A program made the translations under genes and the position numbers. A stretch of DNA of 64,000 bases from an uncultured Planctomycetota bacterium (GTDB lineage: Bacteria > Planctomycetota > Planctomycetia > Isosphaerales > Isosphaeraceae): positions 544,001 through 608,000 of the forward strand of contig CAWGMQ010000004.1 of NCBI GenBank assembly GCA_963823665.1, written 5' to 3'. The notes beneath the pieces were generated by a model that was not told the DNA's origin, did not search any database, and was given only the letters and a program-made list of their open reading frames with translations. Positions 22,030 to 30,211 of this stretch are shown here, piece after piece. Position 1 is the stretch's first letter. Each line of letters opens with the position of its first letter.

Positions 22030-22059
22030 TGTTATTATTTATGACTCGGTTCGCATACC

Positions 22060-22287
22060 AAGTCCTTCGCTACCTTTTTGTCAGAACTGCCGATAACTGT
22101 GGATGAGGAGTCCCGAAGCTACGCCTTCACCGACACGATGCACCTGGCCCGCTCGCAACAGCTTTCCGCATACTATGTCGTTTACTTGGAGCTAGCGATG
22201 AGAAGGAACTTGCGGCTTGCGACCCTTGATCAGGGATTACGAGTGGCTGCAAAGCCATTAGGCGTAGCACTTTACGGCGTCCAGTAG
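22060..22287 (+). pseudogene. VapC/PIN toxin C-terminal remnant
   Basis: LSAYYVVYLELAMRRNLRLATLD matches the VapC consensus L.AYDA.YLELA.R....LATLD with the conserved Asp lost. No N-terminus. Confidence 0.65.
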
Positions 22288-22447
22288 AAATCTTTTGCGA
22301 TCTATTCACCGGTACACTAAACTCCAGTGTTGGACGATGCCCGAACCCCTGGGATCGAGAACGAGACTTAGAGAGTTAGGAACCAATGGTGATTATCCAG
22401 GAGAACCTCACTAACCGTCATGTTGTGACCCTGAACAAGAATCGATC

Positions 22448-25297
22448 ATGAACGATCGCGGCCAATGGCTTTTCGAGCTGGGTAAGACCTCATCGACCGG
22501 GGCCGTTGATGGCCTCGTGCTCGTGGACGGTTATTCGCGCGCAGGTAGCCCACCCGAAGAGGTAGCGGTCATGGAGAAGGCCGCGTTCTATAACGCTCAC
22601 TCGGTCTTTTTCGAGTCCGGTCGAAATGGCCGCCCTCCTGTCGCTCAGGCGTTTATTTACCTATCCGAAGGCCACGTCGATGACGCCGCATTCGCCGAGC
22701 TGCATAAACGCCTGTGGAGCTGGGGCGGCGTCCCGCTGCTTTACCGCCGTACCGCCGGATTGGTCCAACTCTTCCGATGCGCCCACAAACCCGATTTCGT
22801 CTCACAGGAAGGCGCAATCATCTGCAAACCCGTCAAAACGTTAAAGATCGCGACGGACATCAGCGCGAGCGAAGCATGGTGGGATGCGTCACGAATTCGC
22901 AATGGCACGCTCTGGGATGACCCGGAAGTGTGCGACGCAATGCTTTCGGCTGGCAAGGCGGCACATAAGGGGTTGATCGATGCCGTAAGACGGCTTAACG
23001 ACGACCTGAACGAGGAAGGAATCCTGAAGAAGCACTTGCGGCGACGCCTGCTGATCCTGTCGCTGCTGATCGCATATTTGGAGGAGCGGGGCGTCCTCTT
23101 ACCGGATTATTTCAGCCAGTTCCTCGCCGGGGCGACGAGGTTTTTTCAGGTGCTGGCGAACGGAGAAGCGCTGGTTGATTTGCTCGCGGCACTGGAGGAA
23201 AGATTCAACGGCCACGTTTTTATCATCGATGATGCAGACAGTGAAAGTCTCAGGAATAGCAATCAACTGAAGCGATTCGCAAAGCTGGTCGAAGGCCGCG
23301 AAGACCCGACCGGGCAACTAACGCTGTGGCAGCTTTACTCGTTCAAGGATCTTCCCGTCGAGCTGATCAGCCACATCTACCAGATTTTCGTAAAGGAGAA
23401 TCAAAGTTCGGTTTACACGCCGCCGTTTCTTGTTCGATTGATGCTGGAAGAGGCGTTGAGCTGGGAAAGACTCGATCGCCTGCAGAAATGCGATGAAATC
23501 ATCCTCGACCCGTCGTGCGGCTCGGGGGTCTTCCTTGTTGAAGCGTATAAGCGATTGGCCCTACATTGGCGCAGCCGCCACAATTGGGAACGGCCGGACA
23601 TTACTGTCCTCCTGGGCCTGCTCACCAAAGTCTACGGGATCGATTTGGAACCCGGCGCAATCGAGCTTGCCGCCTTCAGCCTGTGTCTGGCCCTATGCGA
23701 TGCACTGGAGCCCGAGGAAATCCGCACCAGCATAAAGCTTTTCCCGCCGCTGGCAGGGAAGACACTCCATCAATCGTGCTTCTTCGACGCGAAAGAGATT
23801 GGGCTGGTCAAGGACCACATCGGTGTAGTGGTCGGCAATCCACCCTTCGAGTCCGCCCTGACCACGCCCGGTGCCAAGAAGAGCTACCAGAATTACGAGA
23901 AAAACTTCGGCTCCCTGCCAGACAAGCAATTGGCTTACCTCTTCCTGCACGAGGCAATGGGCATGGTCGCTGAAGGCGGCGTGCTCAGCATGCTTCAAAA
24001 TTACGGATTCTTATACAACCAGAAGTCGCTCGACTTCCGGCGGAACTTTCTGTCGCAATGGGATGTACGTGAAGTCCTGGACTTTATCTCGGTCCGAGGT
24101 TTATTTCAGAAAGGCGGAGCTGATACGAAAGTTATCGTCGTGGTGGCCGTATCCGCACCACCTGCCGCAGATGGCAAGATTCTGCACGCCACATTTCGCC
24201 GTGGCGGGCGAACGGACGCCGAGCAGGGTTTCGACATTGATTATTACGACATGCATTGGCTGCCACGTCACTTGGCACTCACCAACGATCGCGTCTGGCG
24301 GTCGGACCTGTTAGGTGGCGGACGTGTCCTGGGCTTTGTCGATCGCCTGCACGCCATGCGCACGGCGGGCGAATACGCAATGGCCCAGGGATGGGATTGT
24401 GGCGAGGGTTTCATTGAGGGGAAGTCGGGCAAGCTGCATGAATCGGCCCATCTAACTGGTAAGAAACTGATACCCTCTGAGGCCATTTTAGACTCGGGTA
24501 TCGACCGAAGCGAAATTGCCACCGTCGAAGCGAAGCTATTCAAAACGGACTACACGAAGAGCAGATTTACGCCGCCAATGATTCTGATGCGCGAACAGAT
24601 GGACCTTGCCCATGACATCTGGACGGACCACTACCTTACCTACAAGAACAAGGTCGTTGGTTTTTGCGCCGGCGAAGATCAGCTTTCTCACCTCGCCGAG
24701 CTTCACCGCTGGTTCACTGATAATCGCAGGGTCCTCCAAGCCTACGTAGCAGCCATAAGTCTTCGGTTGTTTACTCAGAAGGCCACGACACTTTCGGAGT
24801 GGGATATCCTCGCGCTTCCCTACCCCGAAGACGGCACCATCGACCTCAGCGGAAATGAACAACTCATAGTGGACGATATCGTTGAATACCAAAGAGATTT
24901 CGTCAGGCTTGGCGAGCATTCCTCCGTGATGAAAGAACGCGGTCACGATGCCCTCTCCCCCTTCAGCAGTGTTTTCACGAGCCAGATTAATGCGGTCTAC
25001 AGGAAGAATCCGCTTCAGCCGCTCCGGCCGCAGTCCTGGCCTGGTGTAATCTGCCAACCATTTGTGTTCGGCAAGGGGCAAGTCGATTGGGATGGTGCAG
25101 ACGAGTTGAAGGGCAAACTCAATACTTTGTTGCACAAGAAACACGGCACCACTCTTCATGTCACTCGCATTGCCCGCATTTACGATGGGAATTTCATCTT
25201 CCTATTGAAACCAGACCGCCTCCGCTACTGGCTGCGATCCATCGCCTTGCGCGATGCGGACGAAACGCTCGCCGACCTCCGGGCGCAGGGATTTTGA
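22448..25297 (+). CDS. Large N6-adenine DNA methyltransferase (gamma class, type IIG/HsdM-like, 949 aa)
   Basis: LPVELISHIYQ, VYTPPFLV, ILDPSCGSGVFL (motif I), VVGNPPF (motif IV); C-terminal TRD-like region. Confidence 0.88.
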   Translation: MNDRGQWLFELGKTSSTGAVDGLVLVDGYSRAGSPPEEVAVMEKAAFYNAHSVFFESGRNGRPPVAQAFIYLSEGHVDDAAFAELHKRLWSWGGVPLLYRRTAGLVQLFRCAHKPDFVSQEGAIICKPVKTLKIATDISASEAWWDASRIRNGTLWDDPEVCDAMLSAGKAAHKGLIDAVRRLNDDLNEEGILKKHLRRRLLILSLLIAYLEERGVLLPDYFSQFLAGATRFFQVLANGEALVDLLAALEERFNGHVFIIDDADSESLRNSNQLKRFAKLVEGREDPTGQLTLWQLYSFKDLPVELISHIYQIFVKENQSSVYTPPFLVRLMLEEALSWERLDRLQKCDEIILDPSCGSGVFLVEAYKRLALHWRSRHNWERPDITVLLGLLTKVYGIDLEPGAIELAAFSLCLALCDALEPEEIRTSIKLFPPLAGKTLHQSCFFDAKEIGLVKDHIGVVVGNPPFESALTTPGAKKSYQNYEKNFGSLPDKQLAYLFLHEAMGMVAEGGVLSMLQNYGFLYNQKSLDFRRNFLSQWDVREVLDFISVRGLFQKGGADTKVIVVVAVSAPPAADGKILHATFRRGGRTDAEQGFDIDYYDMHWLPRHLALTNDRVWRSDLLGGGRVLGFVDRLHAMRTAGEYAMAQGWDCGEGFIEGKSGKLHESAHLTGKKLIPSEAILDSGIDRSEIATVEAKLFKTDYTKSRFTPPMILMREQMDLAHDIWTDHYLTYKNKVVGFCAGEDQLSHLAELHRWFTDNRRVLQAYVAAISLRLFTQKATTLSEWDILALPYPEDGTIDLSGNEQLIVDDIVEYQRDFVRLGEHSSVMKERGHDALSPFSSVFTSQINAVYRKNPLQPLRPQSWPGVICQPFVFGKGQVDWDGADELKGKLNTLLHKKHGTTLHVTRIARIYDGNFIFLLKPDRLRYWLRSIALRDADETLADLRAQGF

Positions 25298-25307
25298 GAT
25301 ACGCACC

Positions 25308-26027
25308 ATGTTGGCCAACCAGCACCATCCTACGCCACAAACCGGATCTCTGAACAAGGACGTCCATATAGCGTCCACGTCTATTCATGAGTTGCTGAAC
25401 TTCATCGCCGAGGAATTGCCGCTCTGGCGAGATCGACCGGATCGACCGCAGGAAACTTCCGAAACTAATCTTACGTCGCAATTATGTGCACATTTGAATG
25501 GTGCGGCCCGACACTCGGCCGGATGGGATTTCCTTCAATTTAAGGTCGAAACGCCCGACGAAACAGTGGCAGGCCGCAAAATTGATCTGGTCTCTTCCCC
25601 ATGCGGAGCCACCGTCTGGATCGAGGGACGCCGCCACGTCGAGTTTGATACCCTGCTACCGATCGAATGTAAGAGATTGCCCACACCGAAGGGCAAAGAT
25701 CGTGATGAACGAGAATATGTGATTAGCCAGTATTCCACGACTGGCGGAATTCAACGCTTCAAACAAGGACATCATGGGGCGGCTCATGCTCTGTGCGCGA
25801 TGATCGCCTATGTACAGGATAATTCGAGAAGCCATTGGAGCACTTGCGTTTGCCAGTGGATAACGGATCTAGTCGAGGCCGGACAAGCAGGTTGGTCAAG
25901 CAAAGACACACTCCAGGTCATTCGCAATGACGAAGATCGAAAGCTCACCGTCCTGAGTTCCACGCACGGCAGGGCAAACAGCCTCCCCGATATCGAAATG
26001 TGTCACCTCTGGGTCCAGATGAACTGA
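25308..26027 (+). CDS. Putative PD-(D/E)XK nuclease-fold protein
   Basis: E..LT..L, RKIDLV ... IECKRL, YV....GGIQRF. Starts 10 nt after the MTase stop. Confidence 0.65.
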   Translation: MLANQHHPTPQTGSLNKDVHIASTSIHELLNFIAEELPLWRDRPDRPQETSETNLTSQLCAHLNGAARHSAGWDFLQFKVETPDETVAGRKIDLVSSPCGATVWIEGRRHVEFDTLLPIECKRLPTPKGKDRDEREYVISQYSTTGGIQRFKQGHHGAAHALCAMIAYVQDNSRSHWSTCVCQWITDLVEAGQAGWSSKDTLQVIRNDEDRKLTVLSSTHGRANSLPDIEMCHLWVQMN

Positions 26028-26117
26028 ATCTCATAGGCTCACGCCCCGGCCACCAATTTCATGCGGACGGTGACCGCTTGAAGGCGTCAAACGCCGCTTT
26101 GACCTCCGCTTCTGTGG

Positions 26118-26490
26118 CGAAGTGCGACCACGATGCACTCATGGCCCAGGGCGGCAAGCTGGCGTTGCAGGCCATAGCCACACGGTCCGGCCTCATAACA
26201 GAAGTTGAGTTCGTGGTACTTCGCTGACAAGCGACGGGCCAGCTTATCAACCGCCGCAGGATCGTTTGCGATCTCACCGAAATAACGGACTTCCCCATCC
26301 CTGCCTTCTGAAGCGATGGCAATGGCTATCGTTTTTTTATGCGTGTCTAATCCACTAAATGCTTTAGATTCGTTCATGGCTTACCTCCTGTGATTGAGTC
26401 CCTGCGTCGGCCCATCCGCCGCAATACTCGTCTCCTTGCGTATCACAGACCAGGTAACCCACGCTCGACTTTTGATCATACGGCCTGGTG
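26118..26490 (-). mobile_element. IS110-family element remnant: structured left end plus 5' part of the DEDD recombinase
   Basis: ORF from 26377 reads MNESKAFSGLDTHKKTIAIA...CYEAGPCGYGLQRQL...CIVVA, then breaks near 26118. A long stem lies upstream (26378-26460). Confidence 0.8.
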
Positions 26491-26994
26491 CAGGTCGGCG
26501 ACGGGCAATTGTCACGCCAGCATCGTGCTGGCATGCCAATCGCTGTTCCGTCGCCTGATGGTGGGTCGCTTCGCTCCAGCCGTGATTTGTTCCGGCTCAT
26601 TTCTGCCCCCAGAATTCTGTGGGGGGCAGAAATGGCCGGTTTGCTTTAGGTGGAAGGTCGCTACGCTCCCGTTTCGTGTTTATCCCCCTCCGCCCCCGGT
26701 GGGGGAACGGGGGAAAAAGGAAAGAAGGGTATCGCTGGGTTAGGGCCGCTCCCGTCGGTCGCTCAAAAGTCACCACACAGATTCTTTCCTGCCGAGCCAC
26801 TTACCGCGAAGCGGTCTTCGTCCATATAACGATACGCGGCGACGTGAGCCGCGTTCCGTTTTGTTCTTGCCAGAGGGGGGATTATAAGGGGGGAGATGGG
26901 CAAATCATCTCCCCCCTTATCTAAAACGGTTGCAGCCCTTTCGGGCTGCTCAGTTTGCCGAGCGTAGCGAGGCTTAGTATTGTGTTCTTTGGAG

Positions 26995-27053
26995 TTATCC
27001 ACATACATAGTGTGTTAAATATATGTGTTATATAAGTGTTAAGCTGTGGATAA
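26995..27053. promoter_or_regulatory. Two inverted DnaA boxes flanking an AT-rich unwinding element
   Basis: TTATCCACA at 26995-27003 and TGTGGATAA at 27045-27053; AT-rich interval with repeated GTGTTA. Confidence 0.8.
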
Positions 27054-27096
27054 CTGCTGCTATCTGCTTGAATCCTTGGAACATTCTGCGTCGCTC

Positions 27097-27269
27097 GGTT
27101 TCTGATACCCCGATAAAAGGTTTCTGATTCCCACGGTTTGGTTTCTGATACCCCGATACTTGACATTGGTTTCTAATACCCCGATTCTCTTCCTCGGTTT
27201 CCGATACCCCGATTCTTTTCTTGGGTTTCTGATACCCCGATACTTGACATTGGTTTCTAATACCCCGAT
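27097..27269 (+). repeat. Iteron array of plasmid oriV
   Basis: 18-mer GGTTTCTGATACCCCGAT and variants at 27097, 27119 (degenerate), 27140, 27168, 27196, 27224 and 27252. The last five have a 28-bp period and end 9 nt before repA. Confidence 0.9.
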
Positions 27270-27278
27270 AACATATGC

Positions 27279-28322
27279 ATGGATTCTGATGAACAGATAG
27301 ATAATACCAACCTCTTGCCGCTTCGTCACCAGCAGCATGATCTATTCGTTTGCGACGTAGCTGACGCCGTCCTGAAGGATGACATGGCATCGATGGAGCA
27401 TCCGTTCTTCTCCCTTTCCAAAAAGCCGGAATTGAGCATCCGCCGGTACGAAAACGGTGATCGCTGGGTTGAAGTCGTGCCGAGCGTCAAAGGTCTGGCC
27501 ACGATCTATGACAAGGACATCCTGATCTACTGCATCAGCCAGCTCGTTGCCAAGATAAACAACGGCGACCCTCCCTCCCCTTACGTCAGCATCGTCGCCA
27601 AAGACCTTCTGGTGTTTGTGAATCGCTCGCTTGGCGGCAAGGATTACGATGCCTTAGTCGAAGCGTTGCAACGCCTCGACGGCACACGCATCCGGACCAA
27701 CGTCCGGACCGGAGGTGAGCAAGAATACGAGGGATTCGGCCTGATCGAAGCATTCAAGCTTCGCCGCTCCGACAAAACCGGCCGCATCCTGGAGATCGCC
27801 GTCAAGCTTTCCGACTGGGTATTCCGCTCGATTGCAGCCAAGGAAGTACTGACACTGCACAAGGATTATTTCCGCCTCAGCAAGCCTATCGAACGCCGGG
27901 TCTACGAAATCGCCCGCAAGCATTGCGGAAAGCAGGATCGCTGGAAAATCTCGCTTGATCTGCTCAAGCTGAAGTGCGGATCACGGGCACCCCTCAAAGG
28001 CTTCCGCCACGACATCAAGCAATTGGCCAAAGGCGACCATCTGCCGGACTACTGCGTAACCGTCGATGACGAGGATTTTGTCACCTTCCAGAACCGCAAT
28101 TCGATTAAAGCGATCCCGGCACCCTCGCCCGCCGATTTCCCGAAACTTGACGCCGAGACTTACCACGACGCCAGGCTAGTTGCACCGGGCTATGACGTGT
28201 ATTTTCTCGTGCAGGAATGGCAAAGCTGGTGGTATCAAAGCGGCAAGCCCGCCCTCCGCGACCCCGACGCTGCCTTCCTCGCCTTCTGTCGCAGTCGCCA
28301 CGAAAGAAAACCAAATCCTTAA
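27279..28322 (+). CDS. repA: Plasmid replication initiator, RPA family
   Basis: KDDMASMEHPFFSLSKKP, GLATIYDKDILIYCISQL, DYFRLSKPIERRVYEIARKHCG; adjacent to the iterons. Confidence 0.9.
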   Translation: MDSDEQIDNTNLLPLRHQQHDLFVCDVADAVLKDDMASMEHPFFSLSKKPELSIRRYENGDRWVEVVPSVKGLATIYDKDILIYCISQLVAKINNGDPPSPYVSIVAKDLLVFVNRSLGGKDYDALVEALQRLDGTRIRTNVRTGGEQEYEGFGLIEAFKLRRSDKTGRILEIAVKLSDWVFRSIAAKEVLTLHKDYFRLSKPIERRVYEIARKHCGKQDRWKISLDLLKLKCGSRAPLKGFRHDIKQLAKGDHLPDYCVTVDDEDFVTFQNRNSIKAIPAPSPADFPKLDAETYHDARLVAPGYDVYFLVQEWQSWWYQSGKPALRDPDAAFLAFCRSRHERKPNP

Positions 28323-28328
28323 GCAGGC

Positions 28329-28613
28329 TCAGGCAATGCGGCTGAGGCCGTTCTTGGCGAAGAGGTCGTTGATCGCCTCGACCAGGAGTTCCTGAATGTC
28401 CTTATCCTGCTGCACCGCCAGGAGCTTGAACTGCTTGGCGGCATCCGGCATCACATGGCCAGCGATGAACTGCCGCCCTTCCCTCCCCGTCTTTGTTTGT
28501 TCCTTTGCCCGTTTGCGTGTTTTTGTGTTTGCGGGCAAACTTGGTTGCTTCTCTTGGGCGGGAGCCTGAGTTACCTTATCGACCTTGAATGTAAGCGGTG
28601 CACGTTTGGTCAT
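28329..28613 (-). CDS. Ribbon-helix-helix partition protein (ParG-like)
   Basis: Basic flexible N-terminus then GREGRQFIAGHV..DAAKQFKLLA...IQELLVEAINDLF; downstream of parA. Confidence 0.75.
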   Translation of the reverse strand: MTKRAPLTFKVDKVTQAPAQEKQPSLPANTKTRKRAKEQTKTGREGRQFIAGHVMPDAAKQFKLLAVQQDKDIQELLVEAINDLFAKNGLSRIA

Positions 28614-28912
28614 AGCGATGAACTTCTCTGTTTGATTGTTTGCGTGTATTCTGGTTTTGCCGTTTTTCTGTTTGCGAGCAAAGCTGTTTGCCTACAAGGT
28701 TCGCAAACACGTAAACATGTTGAAGTGTTGTTTGTGTTGCTTCGTTGCGGGTTTATGTGTTTGGCTATTTGATTATTTGCGAGCAAACTTGTTTGCCCGG
28801 TTTGTCGTTTTCCCGTTTGAGTGTTTGCACGCAAACATGTTGCCGGAGCACTCACGCCCGTTTTCTCTTTTTGGCGTTTGACCGCAAAGCCGTTTGCTTG
28901 TTTGCGTGTTTT
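28490..28912. repeat. Centromere-like GTTTGC/GCAAAC repeat field (parS-like)
   Basis: Many GTTTG(C) units; palindromes GTTTGC-NN-GCAAAC near 28527, 28670, 28776 and 28823; similar units upstream of parA (29515-29580). Confidence 0.65.
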
Positions 28913-29514
28913 ATAACCCAGGCGAACAAGGCGTCGATTTCCCCGGCCGCTTTGCTCTTGGGGTCTAGCTCCTGAGCAGTCCGCCCGTCATTCACAGCGT
29001 GCGAGAACGCCACAAGCTGATGAACCAGCGGAGCGGCGACGGCGACGCCCCCTTCTTCCAAAGCAAATCGTGCCTCTTCGCCGACCTTCCCCTGCGGAGG
29101 AACGGCATTGAGCACCACATAGGCAGGCTTTCCGGCGAGTGCGGCAAGATTCAGCGTCGTGCCGATGGCATTCAGATCAAATGCGGCAGGGCGGCAGGGA
29201 ATCAGGATGAGATCAGCAGCCCGTGCCGCCGCCAGCGAAGCGGCATCAGCGTTAGGAGCACTGTCGATGATAACCAGATCAGCCGACTGTGCCGCCGCTT
29301 CTTCGAGCAGCCCCGGTAATCGGGTAGCCTGAGCCGACACGACGGCAGGGGAGGGCTGATTGCGTTTGTCGGACCAGCTCGATGCCGATGCTTGCGGATC
29401 GAGATCAAACAGGGCGGTTTTCATTCCCCGCTTTTCGGCGGCAACGGCCAGGTGAATGCCGATGGTCGTTTTACCAGCCCCGCCTTTCTGGCTGATAATA
29501 GCAATTGTTTTCAT
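28852..29514 (-). CDS. parA: ParA-family Walker ATPase (short, type Ib)
   Basis: MKTIAIISQKGGAGKTT, DLDPQAS, VIIDSAP; no N-terminal HTH. Confidence 0.92.
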   Translation of the reverse strand: MKTIAIISQKGGAGKTTIGIHLAVAAEKRGMKTALFDLDPQASASSWSDKRNQPSPAVVSAQATRLPGLLEEAAAQSADLVIIDSAPNADAASLAAARAADLILIPCRPAAFDLNAIGTTLNLAALAGKPAYVVLNAVPPQGKVGEEARFALEEGGVAVAAPLVHQLVAFSHAVNDGRTAQELDPKSKAAGEIDALFAWVIKHANKQTALRSNAKKRKRA

Positions 29515-29770
29515 GTTTGTACGGTTGTTGGTTGCACCGTTTGCAACTATAGGTGCAAACACCAAAACGAGCAAGCAAATAACGAGGGGAGGGGGTTCCC
29601 GAAGAATGTCCCCCTGACTGCCCGCCCCGCCGAATTGGGAACAAAATGGGAACAGCATTGGCAATATCAGCCCAATGCGGCTACAATGTACTTGAGTAAA
29701 GGCAGTGTCGTAACTGCCTTGGAATCAAAGCCTTTAAGTGTCACTGCAACGTGTTTCCAATACCACGAGT

Positions 29771-29839
29771 ATGGCAGACGTACCGGACTCAAAATCCGGT
29801 CCCCGCACGGCGGTGTGGGTTCAAGTCCCACGTTCGGTA
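29771..29839 (+). tRNA. 5'-truncated tRNA-Leu(CAA); probable att scar
   Basis: TGGCAGACG D-loop, CCGGA-CTCAAAA-TCCGG anticodon arm, long variable arm, GTGGG-TTCAAGT-CCCAC T arm and 3' GTTCGGTA. No complementary 5' acceptor strand upstream. Confidence 0.8.
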
Positions 29840-30211
29840 TTAACAACTCTGGCGAATCGCACCGTCGTTAATCGCCCGCCCGCGTTCGAACATCACGAAC
29901 GGCAGCGCCCGGCCGGTCTCGAAGATGACGACCCACACCGCGCGGCAGCGACCCTCGAGTGACATTCTGTGCTCGGGATGCCGCTCGAGTCGGCGCCCCG
30001 CTGCGGTCGTGACCGTTCCGGCAGGCGAAGTCGGGAGACGGGGGTGGTGGCCCGGAAGTCCAACGTCGGAGATGAGCATGGTGTCTCCAGAACACGGCAT
30101 GTTCAGCGATCGAGTTGAGAACTTGGTTGATCGTCTCCGCGGTGAGGGGCAAGGCTTGGACCTCGACCACGGATTGCGTCTCCGTTGGGTCGGGCGGGAA
30201 GCGGAATTTGA

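Noticed and set aside
10868..26027. DISARM or BREX system
   Set aside because: SNF2 and MTases are present, but I see no DrmA/DrmB/DrmC-like or PglZ/BrxC-like genes.
27097..27269. Possible CRISPR array
   Set aside because: Repeats are 18 bp with 4-10 bp spacers, two of them identical; adjacent to repA and DnaA boxes; no cas genes. These are iterons.
29771..29839. Functional tRNA-Leu
   Set aside because: No 5' acceptor strand or 5' D-stem strand is present upstream.
29840..30210. Short ORFs after the tRNA fragment
   Set aside because: No recognisable family or consistent frame; cannot support a call.
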